Shown here: in pieces, positions 40,971 through 53,601 of the stretch | How the letters are laid out: every line of letters starts with the position of its first letter | How positions within the stretch are numbered: position 1 is the first letter of the stretch | DNA from: Lama guanicoe | Taxonomy: Eukaryota | Direction: 5' to 3' | DNA: 64,000 nt | Assembly (NCBI GenBank): GCA_013239625.1 | Contig: MU054925.1 | Location: 5,026,018 to 5,090,017 of the forward strand | Translations under genes and position numbers: made by a program | The notes under the pieces: generated by a model | Seen by the model: the letters and a program-made list of their open reading frames with translations, nothing else | Database searches by the model: none | Told to the model about the DNA's origin: nothing

Positions 40971-41306
40971 ATACAGCTTTACCTCAGTCTCAGCACTGAG
41001 AGAGAGGAAGCATGGGTCATTCAAGATCCCTGGTATAGGTCAGCGAGCCTGGTCATTGGGAATGAGTGTGGCTTAGGGGTTGGGGCAGTTGAGCACATCA
41101 GGCTGGAGACAGTGCATTGAATCACGCAGGGCATTGTTTGTTTCACTCCAGTGCAGACTATTGGGTAGATGCTAGGGGGCCATGGATAGGTGGGAAGACA
41201 GCTTTGGAATAATGGTCTTGCTGCACTTGGGAACCACCTCAAGAATAGAGAAGGGGCTATGGCAGGGAAACCACTTGGAAGGTATGCCAGAAATCATGCA
41301 GGCTGG

Positions 41307-42098
41307 CAGGGCTAGCTACATAATTTATGGGGCCCGGTGCAAAATGAAAATATGGACTGTTTTTTCAGAAAGCAGGGAAAAGGCGTCATTAAAGGTACTG
41401 AAAGGTAAAACATTTCCTTTTCTCTGTGGTCTCTCTTGACCTGTCATGACATTTTTAATCTGCTGTTTAATATTGTGCTCCCTCAGGCACAAGGATACTC
41501 ATTGGTTAAGTACAAACGCTCACAGGCACCCCTGGATTTTGCCTCTATTACTCAGTGGGGTGTGCAGCCCACTGGCTGCTGAGCCGTCCCTCCCATTAGC
41601 CACTAGACTAAGATGCCATGTCCTGTTTAATGAAGGAGGCTCTATCTCCCCTCAACAAGCCCACCATCCCATCTCACTGTGGATGGTCAATCCCCAAGGG
41701 ATCTTCATTTTAACATCAAGACATATTTGGTACCTGGAGAGGGGATGAGTGAAAAGTTCACCCCTGCCAACTCATCAGCTGAACATGCTAAGGTGTTGCC
41801 AGTCCCCACCATGCCTTGAGCTTCCCCATGCCTCACCCAGGACTTTGCCAGGGCTGGAGGGTGATAAGGTGGCTGGTCCTGGGCAGGAGCCAGGCAGCTA
41901 AAAACCTCTCACTTCCCCATGACCCCCATGCATGCTCCATTGCCCCTTGGATTCCACTTATGAAATAGAAATTCAAAGATAAAGTTAAAAATTTCAAAAT
42001 GGCCCTGCCTACAGAGCAGTAAACCCCAAGTGACAAGCCCTTCTGAGTGTAGGTTCCTGTATAACTGCACCGGTCACTTGCCCATAAAACTGGTCCTG
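41307..42098 (-). mobile_element. MER45-family (hAT-Tip100) non-autonomous DNA transposon, ~790 bp
   Basis: Termini cagggctagctacataatttatggggcccggtgcaaaatgaaaat and ctgcaccggtcacttgcccataaaactggtcctg. The 8-bp flanks caggctgg and gagggtgg match at 6/8. Confidence 0.82.
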
Positions 42099-45000
42099 GA
42101 GGGTGGAAGGTAGCAGGATGGATTTGAGAGGTGTTAAGGAAATGGTCAAATCAGGGCATGGTGATTTTCAAAGAGGAAAGCCTTGAGAATTACTTCAAGA
42201 TCTCTAGCCTTTGTGACTCAGTATATGGTGGCACCATTAAGAGATACAGGGAACCAGGGGAAATAATTATTGGAACTGGGGACAAGGGCATGTTTTTGGT
42301 ACCTATGAATACATCCTTTGTTCCAACGTTTAATCATCCCTCCTTTCTCTGGTTTAATTGCAGAGGCTGGCGTTTTCAGAACAATGACGGAAAATAGAGG
42401 GGAGAATGAGCCTTCATGCCTTCTTCCGACTCTAATCAGACAGCTCTGGGTGCTTTATCCTGAAGCAGGGTGCTAAATTTGGTTCACAATCAAGTGCCTA
42501 TTTCTGTTCTCTTGAGGATTGTTTTCAGGGATGGGATTTTTACTAAATGTCTTGGAGGTACCTATTGAACAGATTTCACAGCACTGGCTCTTTTCCACCT
42601 CTGTAGAGGGTGTCTTATGTGAATAGATTTACTGGAAAGATGTGAACAGGATATCAAGTGGGGCTTTGCTTGTAGCCACAGACTGAGGCGAGAACAATGT
42701 GACGCTGACCACTGCAGATTCTAAAGAAAACAACCATTTATCTGGCAGTAATTTGGAGTTGGAAACCCTCCCCCAGCCCACACCCTCAAGTTTATTTGAA
42801 GGTAGACAACGGGCCCACCTTTCCCTGCCATGTGAAGACTGGTGAGGGGCCTAGCAAGGAAGAGACTGGGATTCACAGACAGAGGAATTTTCCTCCAAAG
42901 GGCACTTTTTCCTGCTGGGAACCAGATGGACAGTGGGGATTCTTCAAGACTCTTCTGTATTTGGGGGATATCTGAAAGAAGGGAAGGTCAGCACTGGTCG
43001 AATATCTGCTAGCTACGTAGCAGATATGTAGACTCTTGAGCTTTTCTGAGCAGGGAAAAGACATCTGGAGGGAGAGGGCCAGGCTTGGAGAAGGGGCAGC
43101 ACTGAAGAGGCCTATGGCTGGGCTAATAGAGATGCCTGTTTCCCAGGGGGTGGGCAGACAGTATGGAAGATTGCTGCTATCTTACTTAAACCCAACAAGA
43201 GGACAGCTCTCCAGGTGAGGTCCATGCTAAGGGCAAAAGACTGTGGAGTGACTGCTGATCACAGCAGCTGCATGGGTGGTCATGTTAGAGCCATGTTGAG
43301 GAGCTCTCAGTCCTCAGAAGAATTCGTGATAACCTCTCAAGAGAGCCAGCATTTGGATGCTGGGCCACACAGAGGGCAGCAAAGGCCAAGCTGTAGCAAG
43401 CTGTGGTGAGAGATTGCACCGTGGCCTGGTGGGCAGGAAAAGCTTGCCTTTCTGCTGCTCCATCCCCTGCCTCCTCTGCCAAATGGCTGAAAATGCTAGG
43501 AAATAGAAGTTTGAAGGAAGGACAGTGGAGAGCTTTGAACTAGGCATGAAAGTATTAAACTAGATTGGACTAATTTTATTAACCTAAAATAGTCAGAAAG
43601 TTAAGGAATCTATACTCTATACAAGATATCATTTAGAGATGAGAAAGCAGGAATTCAATACAACAGGGTTGAAGATAGAGACTTCAAAAAATTGTTTCAT
43701 TTTTCTATCTCTTTTAAGCTGAAACAACTCAGCAAGCATGTTCATTTGCATTCCTAGGTTAATCCTCACTGTGACATGCTGTATTTCAGTGTCCTACTGA
43801 AGTCTGTAGTCTATTTGCTGCCTTTTAAGATCTTTGCTTCAATATTCATAAAAATATTTTATTCCATGGCTTTTCTTTTCTTTCTTTTCTTTTTCTTTTT
43901 TTTCCTTTTTTGTTATAATCTTGGTCAGGTTTTATATCAAGGTCCTTGATAAAAGGAATTTGAAAAATTACCTTCTTTCCCTGTGCTCGGAAACAGCTTA
44001 AATATTTTAGAACTACGTGTGCCTTGCCATGCTAACATGATTCACCTGTAAAATTTGCCAGGCCTGACACTTTTGAGGATGAGCAGGTGAGGCCCTGCGG
44101 TTCATTCTCTCACCTTGTTTGGACTGAGCCATGAGTAGGTGCTGATGTTCCCCTTTTACCTCCCCCATGCCATACGATAGCTAGAACACATCCTCCATAT
44201 TTAAATCCTAGTTTGATTTTAAGCAGTCTGTCACCAGATGCTTGCTCTTCACAACTTATGGCCCTAGGTTAGTGTAGGGCATTTTGGGGCACACTGGGAA
44301 GGGACAGGCATTTCCCTACCTCTAAAGAGAATAGGGTTCTTTGGAGATCCATGTACCCTATCTTCCTGGAGAATAGTACAACATAGAACAAGATTGGTGC
44401 CAAATTCAAATCAGTTCCCTGTGACTTACTCATTGCCTTTTATTTTATCTTTGGATAAAATATGGAAAATTTCTAAATGGTGGAAATCTATAAAAGGTGA
44501 AAGACTTTATTTAAAATGTTTATTTAAAATGCTCCTATCGTGCCCGATTATTTTTCTGCTTTTGTTTTGTTTTGCTTTGTTTTTTTGTATAGCGGATTAT
44601 TTTTCAAGCCATGGTTTTGTACCCAATTAGTGAAAAGCAAGCCAACTAAGATCTCCAAATGTACACCCTGGGGTCCTCTGGGAATCTTAGCCATGTGTCC
44701 CACCTACCACACATGCTTGTCTGGGCAGCATTGTGACCGCTTTCCTCGTCAGGTCAGCCAAGCCCCCTGAGCAGATAGTCTCTCTTGTTAAGGGAGGCTG
44801 TCTTGAAATCCCATCATCTTTTTTCCTCTGGTTCTTTCTCCATCTGTAGTGAATGGAAAAGGGAGGACTGGGTTATTTCAGTTCCGGTAATGGACACATC
44901 AAAATTGCTTCCCTCTTCCTTACTCTCTTTCCCTTGAGGACCTAATTTATTTCATGCATTTTGACCTATCCCTGCTTAGAAATGACCGTTGTGATCCTCT

Positions 45001-46199
45001 GTTGAGGCATTTCCCTTCTGCCTTTTTGGGCCCCTAGGCCAACCCCCCAGGCCACAGTTCCTCTGCACAGTGATGTCAGTCTGGCTGCTGGGCCAGCTGG
45101 ATGGAGGTGTGCTTTATGAAGTTCAACCCTGCACCCTGGACCATAAATACACATTGTGCACATAAATGTACAGCTAACATTGCCCAGACCCCTCTGAAGA
45201 ACCATGTTAATAAGCAGACAGTAAGTCTTTAAAATATGGAAAAGCAGTTAATCTTTCCGCTGGCAAATCCTTCATAGGGGGTTGTTTTCCTCCACTGTGG
45301 TAAGAGCTGCCTGCAGAGATTTTCATCTCCTACGACTGAGGGATGATGAGGGGAGGTTTGCTGTGGGGCTTCATGAGAACACTGGAGCCTTAACCTTGGA
45401 GGGTAAATGTGTTAAAAGGAATAATATCTTGCCCTGGTTGTCATTAAGCATCTGTATCAAGTGATCACTGGGCCTGCCCTCAAGGAACTTAAGCACAATA
45501 ATTCCAGTACAAGGCAGAACATCTGCTAACTATGGTGGCCCACCCACAACAGGCCTGGGCTCCAGAGACTTGCAGCTCTGTCCCTGTTACTCTAGGAAGT
45601 CACTTAGTCTCTTGTTTCTCCATCTCTAAAATGGGCACAATTATGTCTTATTCCTACAGTTTTTGTAAGAGTTGACTTACACTCTCTGAGTCCTAGTTTT
45701 CTCTTTTATGAAATGAGAAAATCAGTACCCTTTGCCCCTAGCATAATATTCCATATGTTAAGAATACAGGTACACATTGTCCTTGTAAAGAACTCCAGTG
45801 TTAAAGATTAAGTTCACATCTCCCTTGACAATTATTCCCAGCCTTTTCCTCTTCTCCACCACTGCCATTCTGTTCCTTCTCATCCCCCCTCCTCCCTTGC
45901 TCTCTCTCCCACTAATGATATGGTAGGAGGAGGACCAGACTTGAGGGTAGGGATGGGGGCTTACCAGACAAAAGGTGCCTGGAGTCAGTACATGCTTGCT
46001 TCATTGGAGAGATGAAAGGTCACATTTGTAAATTGCCCATAACCTGTTGAAAACTCATGACTTTTATCTGTGTGTCTCAGGCAGAAAATGGGAGTTGCCA
46101 GTGGGTTGATTTCAGGAGGACATAAGTGAGAGCTATCAATCTGGGGATGACATGATCTATGCCTTACAAATATTTAATTTCACTTGGTTCTTTCATTCC

Positions 46200-47900
46200 T
46201 TCTTACCTCTCAGAAGATACTTTGTATGTTCTGTACTTTTTCATTTGTGTTCTACCCACCTGCGCTCCACTTGTTTCCTTCATTTATTTCTTCTGTGTTA
46301 ACATGAGTCATGGATCACTTACTAATTTACCATCTATTCCTAACACATCTGATAAGTCTTAGCAATCCTATTTATTTCTCCTGTTCCTCTGTAGCAGAAT
46401 CAAGTATTCTTAAAGGAGTATTTCTAAATATTCTTAAATATTTATACTTTATGTATAGTTTTACAACATTGTTTTCCCACTTACTATGTTTTGGGTATCC
46501 TTTCATGACAGTAAATAGAAATCTCTTTTCCCCTTTCGTATGGTGCCAAGTAGACCATAGAATTGACACACTGTTGCTTATTTAATCATTCCTGTATTTA
46601 TGGACTTTTCAGTTGGGTTTTGTTTTTTCCTCCTCTCAGTGAGCAATGTTACCAAGACCAGGTATCTTTATATATGACTTCTTGGGTTCTTGAAAAAGAG
46701 TTTCTCTTATTGACAAGTAAAACTGCTGGAAAAATAGAATCTAAATGATTTTTGCTGTAATAATAACTAATTGGTCTCGTAGTGGTTGTAAAAGTTCAGT
46801 TTCCCACAAGCACTGTAGGGTAATATTCACGTCTTCAGACTTTCCATCATTTGATACTACCATAGACTTAAAGTTTTGCCATTCTGCTGGCAAAAAAGTG
46901 CGTTTCATTATATTAATTTCATTTTAACTTATACTTCTCTAATTTTTAGTGAGGTTGAACTCCTTTTACATATCAGTTGTCCATCTGTGTTTCCTCTTCT
47001 GTAAATCATCTCATGGATTTTGATACTGTTTGGGGCAAGCATTTTCCATTCTCTTTCCTTTTTATAAAACTCAGTTTTATACAATTATCCAGACTATTGT
47101 TTATATTTACTCTTTTGAATGAATCTTAGGATCATCACCTCAAATTTCATCAGAATTTCTATTGAGATTTTTATTGAGATGACTTTGACTTAAAAAGTTA
47201 ATTGAAAAAGAAATGACAACTTTAATGTATAACTGTTCTAGAACCACTATTCCTTCCAATTTTTAGGGTTTTTTAAAAAATATTCAGTAAAGATTGATCA
47301 TTTTCTTCATAAAGAGATGTCTTTTACTAGATTTATTCTTGGGCATTTCATAGTAATTACTGAACACCATCAATGGTTCTTTATTTCATAAGTATTTTTT
47401 CATTGGTTATTGCCTGTGTCAGGGAAAGGTTGTGGTTTTATATGCTGATTATGTAACTGGTCAGCTTGCTGAGGTCTTTTCTTAGTTCTAATAGTTGGTC
47501 GGTGGGTTTGTGGATTTTTCTATGAACACAGTAATATCTGTTTGGGGTGATTTGGTAATATTCATTTGGGGGTAGATTCTCAATGAGCATTTCCATTTTT
47601 TTCACGGCAGTTGGTTTGCTTGTGTTTTTATAGCTTGACCAAATGTTGACAGTTTATACTGTATCCCCAAAGGTGTGTTTGTTCTAAGTTTTCAGATTGT
47701 TTGCAGTGATATACATAATAGTCACTTAGAATGTTTAAAATGCCTCTGTGTTTTGGGGTTTTAATGTAACTTTCTTTTTCTTGATCAGGAGTGCCAGAAG
47801 AGGACTTATATCAATGTTCTGTTAAGCCAGAGTTTAGTTCTTTTAGTTATCTTCACATTTCTATTTGCATTTTATCCTTCTGCTTTTATCTTTATAAATT
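46200..47900 (-). mobile_element. Old antisense L1 fragments
   Basis: tttagtgaggttgaactccttttacatatcagttgtccatctgtgtttcctcttctgtaaat and ttcttagttctaatagtt. Confidence 0.65.
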
Positions 47901-47909
47901 CTTTCTGTC

Positions 47910-48310
47910 ATTGATTCAGGAAATATTTACCAAGAGTCTCCTCTGTCACAGGCATAACTCTCAGTGCTGGGAATAACAGATATCCATGGGCAGACAGATG
48001 CAGCCTTCCTCCCATGGAAACCATAATTTGTTGTGAGGGGCAGACAGTGAACAGGCAAGGAGGAAGTAGAGGCAAAGGAGATTCAGAAGAAAGACAGTGA
48101 GGTCATTGGTGTCACTGACAAGAACCCATGCAAGGCTGTGGTAAGGGCTACAGCCTTTATTAGAGTAGATTTATGAAATAAGGGAAGAAGTGAGGAAATA
48201 AAAAGAGAGGTGGGGGAGAGAGAGAGAGATTGTGGATAATTCTTTTTAGGAGTTGTACTATAAAAGAGGGCAGGGAAGCAGGGTGGCAGCTGGCGGTAAG
48301 GTTAAGGGAG
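47910..48310 (-). mobile_element. L2 3' fragment
   Basis: attgattcaggaaatatttacc...caggcat...gtgctgggaata, and gtggataattctttttaggagtt. Confidence 0.65.
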
Positions 48311-51144
48311 AGTTTTGCATAAACTGAAGGGAATGGCTAGCAGACAAGGGAGACTGTATGTGATCACCCCTTTCCTCTTCCATCAGTCACATCCTTGCAG
48401 AAGCCTCAGGGCTGGGCTTTGGAGAAGGAAGGACATCAGTTCTCACTACAGTGTACTATTGGGAAGACCGAGTATAGGGGCACAGGTGCAGCATTGTTAT
48501 TTTTCTAGCTTCTGGATTCGAAAACACGGTCCATTTATTTGCAGTTCTTTTCCCCCAATAAAAGTATTTAAGGTCACACTGCACAGACCTGAGTCCGGAC
48601 TGTTCTCAAATTCTTAAGGATTAATTGAATGTATTTTTAACCTTTAATTTCCACTGTTTACCTCTTTTTTGCTTGCATTCATCTAGCACTTTTGGTATTT
48701 CTATCAGTTTGTACACTATGATCATAAAAATTCATGTCATACCTTGTTATACTATTATACTCTACTATACTATTATAGTATTTTTACTATTATACTATTT
48801 TTCAGTATGAACTATTTATTACATTTTAATGATTTTTTACTTTCAATATTTGTATAATAATACTACTAAAGTGGTTCCTCTCTTTTGCTCTTAGCATTGT
48901 TCTGGTACATCTTTCTCTCCTTCCATGTCACTCTGTTTTAGGACTATCTGTTGCAAATACCATAGTGCTGGTATTTTTGTAAAACCCAATTTAAGAATCT
49001 CTGCCTTTTAATATGTAAATCTGACTACCTCACATTTATTACAATGTGTAATATGATTGGTAGTAATTTTTGGCTTATGCTGGCAGTCTTTGTGTATATG
49101 TGTGTGTTATTTACCACATTATCTTGGATTAGTCAGATTTTTATTTTCCAGGGATTTTTTTCAGTAATTATCCTTAAATTTTAAAACAGAAGTTTCTTTC
49201 AATATCTCTGATTACTTAGAATCTATTTTTCTCTGGAACCTGACATACTTTTTACTTCCTTTTTTCCATTCCCTCATGTTGCTCTGTTTTCTTCATTATA
49301 AATACTTCCATTGAGAAGTTGGTGTCATTCTTATTCCTTTTTAATTAATTTGTTTCTAGAGAAGCTTTTAGATCTGTATCTTTGATGACCTAATGTTTTA
49401 CTTATGCTTGAATGGACCCTTTTAGTGAAAAAAATAGAATTTTTCTTCATTTGGAAAATATCTCCCTTTAGAGGTTATATTTCATATTTTATTCTCTTTC
49501 TTCTTAATTGTTCATCTGAGATTCATTTGGCTTAATATCCTAGTCAGTCATTTATTTTTTAAAGAGTTGTGTGATCTTGGTTTTGCATTTTTCTCTAAGA
49601 CTTTTTTACCCTGCCTCCAAAGTGGAAATTGTTGGTTCTCTGATGAGAGCCTCTCAGGTAGATTATTTTTATTCGCATAGGCACAATCCATTACAAAGAG
49701 GCCAGCTGCTAGCGCAATGTCTTTGCATACGTAGGAAGGCACTTAGTGCTAAAAGGGGGAGATAAAGCAGAAATTTTTTAAAGTTTTAGTGAGACGATGA
49801 GGAAGCTTGAAATTTTTTCTCAATCCAGGTGTAGTTGTGCGGAAAGGTGGGAAGGGCAGAGAGTAAGTTTCCCAGAATGTGGATTAGTGGTTCAGGCACT
49901 GAGGAAATACCTTTGAGTAGTGGCATGCCCTGTTTCTTTCTGTGGATTAAAAGAAAAGGAACATAATTTCAGGATATTAGATGAATGGGCATCAGGCATT
50001 TGTAGAGAAGAAGCCAATTGTGTTATTTCAGAGACATTCTTGGATAATTCAACATAAGAGTTTGCAACAAGTAAAAACTTAAAAAGAGTTTCCCCATTAT
50101 CATTTCCAAGTGAAATGAAATCCAAGAAGGATTCTTCTCATTGCCTGATTTTACTAAACCATGGTGAGTCACTCTAGAGAGTAGAACAGATTTATTGAGA
50201 GAAGAAGATGAATGAAGAAAACTTACGGAGAAATTGACAATTTTGTTAGGGTATAGTCTGTTTCATCTGACTAAACTGAATTTGGTGAAATATCATGAAA
50301 AATTATGTGACAGGGATTTTAGGCCTGGGATTAAATATTTAGCTAATTTTTTGGCTCTAGAAGAATATGGAATTTGTTCTCTAATTTGTTACTCAAAGAG
50401 TCACTAGTACTGTATCAAGGAGTATTTTTTATGGTGATATTTCTTCTATCATTTCACTGTGTTGGGTAATGTGAGGAGGTGTCATTAAGCTTACTTAAGT
50501 TGGACTAGCTGTGCAGATGGACCCAGACTACTGGAAGTGCTATATGGCCTTAGTATCAGCATCACTTTGTCTCTAAGAAGGATGGAACGCCTTAAACAAC
50601 TAGCATTAATTTCATCCAGTACAATGTACTTCTACTATGGGAGACATTGTGCAAAGTGCTACAGTGAAGGGTCTAGGAAGTTCACTTCATGTTTTTTCAT
50701 CATATGACATATTCTTGAGGGAAGGAGGAGAGAAAATAAACCTCAAAGAACATCAGATGCAATTGAAGATAATGTTTAGGCCCTAGGAGAAGGAAATGAG
50801 GCTTAGAGAAGACTAACCTCTTAGACCTTGGAAACTGAGGTGATGTGGCAACTTTGACTCTCCTGTTTCATGCATATAAAATTCCAGTCTTCCTAAAGGG
50901 AGTTGTATGGACTATATATGGACATAGCTGTAGATTATAAGCTATTGTTTTCTTAGTGAAGCTTAGTATTTGAAAGTGAAGAGCCTCATGGAAAGAGGCA
51001 ACTTGCGTAGTAAAGCAGTCTCTGGAACTTGTTTTCCAGAATATTACAGTAGTTCCCCTACCCTGGGGGAAAAGTTTTCCTCATGGCTCTTCACTTGGGA
51101 TGGTAAATAATTATTCACTGTCTCTTTGTGTCTTGCTTCAACAG

Positions 51145-51257
51145 GTCCTTTGTCATCCAGCAAATCCCAAGCAGCAATCTGTTCATGGTGGTGGTGGACA
51201 GTAGCTGCCTCTGTGAGTCTGTGGCCCCCATCACCATGGCACCCATTGAAATCAGGT
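51145..51257 (+). CDS. CACNA2D3: CACNA2D3 coding exon (~36), 113 bp: (K)SFVIQQIPSSNLFMVVVDSSCLCESVAPITMAPIEIR(Y)
   Basis: ttgcttcaacag acceptor. It follows a 33,174-bp intron (17971-51144) in the correct phase (AA|G) and ends at the U12 donor ATATCCTTTT. Confidence 0.96.
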
Positions 51258-51476
51258 ATATCCTTTTGTGCGTAGGTCCAGACACTGCCAGTGAAGCTGG
51301 TAGGAGGGATCAATGGTAAGGAGTCCCAGGGGAGAAATCTTAGAGTGGGTAGATGACATCCTTTCCACTATTAGAGAGAGAGAAGTTGTTAAAAGAGTTC
51401 ATTGCCAAACTTTAACCTCTAAAATGCAGAGTAAGGAAAAGGAACATCTTGGAAACATGCCTTAACTACAGTCAAC
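51258..51476 (+). other. CACNA2D3: U12-type (minor spliceosome) AT-AC intron, 219 nt
   Basis: The 5' end ATATCCTTTT fits the U12 donor consensus. The branch site TGCCTTAAC (51458-51466) lies 10 nt before the terminal AC (51475-51476), with no polypyrimidine tract. Splicing gives T|AT = Tyr and restores ...IEIRYNESLKC... Confidence 0.93.
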
Positions 51477-51559
51477 ATAACGAATCCCTTAAGTGTGAAC
51501 GTTTAAAGGCCCAGAAGATCAGAAGACGTCCAGAATCTTGTCATGGCTTCCATCCTGAG
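51477..51559 (+). CDS. CACNA2D3: CACNA2D3 penultimate coding exon (~37), 83 bp: (Y)NESLKCERLKAQKIRRRPESCHGFHPE
   Basis: Follows the AC acceptor and ends at a GAG|GTAAGT donor at 51560. Translation matches the recalled delta-3 region. Confidence 0.95.
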
Positions 51560-51949
51560 GTAAGTGTGAGAACCCTTCCTGCTCTTTTTCCAACAGATTC
51601 ACCATGATAGTTTTACAATGGTCTAAGAACTCCAGCTAAAAAGTTTACTTTTGAGATAGCAATCCCTCTCAGGCAAACCAACAAACAACATACGGGAAGG
51701 TCATTGGTACTTTACTTTCATCCCCTCAATGCCGTCTTATTTAGTCTGTGCTCAATAGTCTTTTCTTATTACATCCATGTATATTTTTAAAAGTCTCTTT
51801 ACTATCCTCTCTGTTACAGATGTGCTATAATTTTATCACTTTTCACTATTACAATAAAGTGGCTCTGACTATCTTGTTTTACCTATTTCAAATTGTGGTT
51901 TAAATTATTTTCCCCTGCTTACTTATAGACAGCTTTTTATTTATAAGAA

Positions 51950-53567
51950 ATTCATGTAAAACAAAAGTGACAATGTTGATGTCATCAAGAGTCACAAAAA
52001 TAAAGTTGGAATGATAAATGTTTAAAAACCCCAACCACACAAAGTCACAACTTCATTTACAGCGTAAGTGAAAAGCAGAGAAAAATTAGGCTTAGTTCTG
52101 AGAAAGGTGAACATATCGTAGAAATAGGTGAATTATAAGAGAATACCTTCTGCAATGCTGTAGGCAAAAAAATTTTAATATACCAAAAAAATTACAAATT
52201 TAAAAGTTAACTCCATTGCCACCTTGAAAAAGAAAATTTGTCTAGACCAATTACTATAGGGAGACTGAAAAGATTTCATTTTTTAAAAGGCCACCAGAGC
52301 CAGCTGAGTGTTAATCTCACTTGTAAATAGCAAATAATTTTAATGTTTTTTTAAACTTTTCAAGTCCTAGAGATTATTTTAAAGTCAGTAGAGTGCTAAA
52401 AAGAATACGGCATTTATTGAGAATGTTTGTTTCTATATCAAGGGAGAGTTCAGTAGCAGCATATAATAACAATGTATGCTGAAAAGGTCTTTGATAAAAT
52501 TCAGTGATCACCTCTAGTAAAAGCTCTGTGTAAAATAAAAAAAGAAACAATAGTCCCAAATGCTAAAACCACTTCAATTAAAACCGGAAAGACTGCATAC
52601 TTATCACTGAAGACACCAGACTGAAAAATCTTCTAGAGTTAATAAGATAATTTGCTTTGGTAACTAGATACACGATAAGCAATTTTTTTTTTAAAAAATC
52701 AGTATTTTTTTCTTTAAGTTTCTATACCCAGTGAGATGAGGTCAGTGGAACAGAACAGAAATTCTTATGTGTGAGAAAGTTTCAATTCAAAGGGGAGAAT
52801 ATAGAATATAGACTTAAATGGTAAATGATGGTCTCATAAGAAATCCTAGGATTGGAGAGACTTTCCTACCCAAGACCAGAAAATTATGGAATAAAAACAG
52901 ATTTATTTAATTGTATAAAATTATAACCTTTCTATGGAAACAGATAACTGAAAGTCAGTATCCAATTTGTAGAACTTGAGTAAGTATTTATAAATAAAAG
53001 CATAAAGAACAATTGATAAGTCAAACAACTACATATAAAAATAAACCAAAGACATGAAAGATATAAGTCACTAGGTGGTCAGAAATACAGGTACCAATGA
53101 AATAATCTAGCTATAACCATCAAAGGCAAAAATACCCTTCAATTCTTTATCTCTGCACTGTCACTCCCTGGCATCTTTACCTTAGGCAGGGGCAGGAACA
53201 AATATCATTGTCTGATAAGGACCTAACAATTGTGAAGAAGTTGGCTAACCTGATAAATGCTGAAGAACAGAGAGATGTATCTCTGAAGGACTGCATGCAG
53301 CAATTATTCTGTAACTTTGATAAAAATTACAAGGACTGACAGGCTGCTGTAGAGCGCATCACAGTGTTAGATGTCTTATTGTGCCTGGCTAACTACAGTT
53401 GAGGGGGTGATGATCCTGTGTGTCGTCCAGTAATTCTGTTGCCGGAAGAGGATATTCCTCCCTTCCTAGACCTTAAAGGATCGCGCCATGCCTGCGTTAC
53501 AGAGGTTTTTTTTGGTGATGACTTTATTCCTAATGACATGCTAATGGGCTGTAAGGAAGAAGAAGAA

Positions 53568-53601
<34 letters not shown>

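Noticed and set aside
42480-43560. Purine-rich segment with several 60-77 aa ORFs, possibly an old LTR
   Set aside because: No recognisable protein similarity, splice-phase fit or LTR termini, so I could not assign it without a repeat search.
51256-51265. U12 GT-AG subtype donor
   Set aside because: That subtype needs GTATCCT, but the sequence is GTATATCCT. The U12 register therefore starts at AT (51258).
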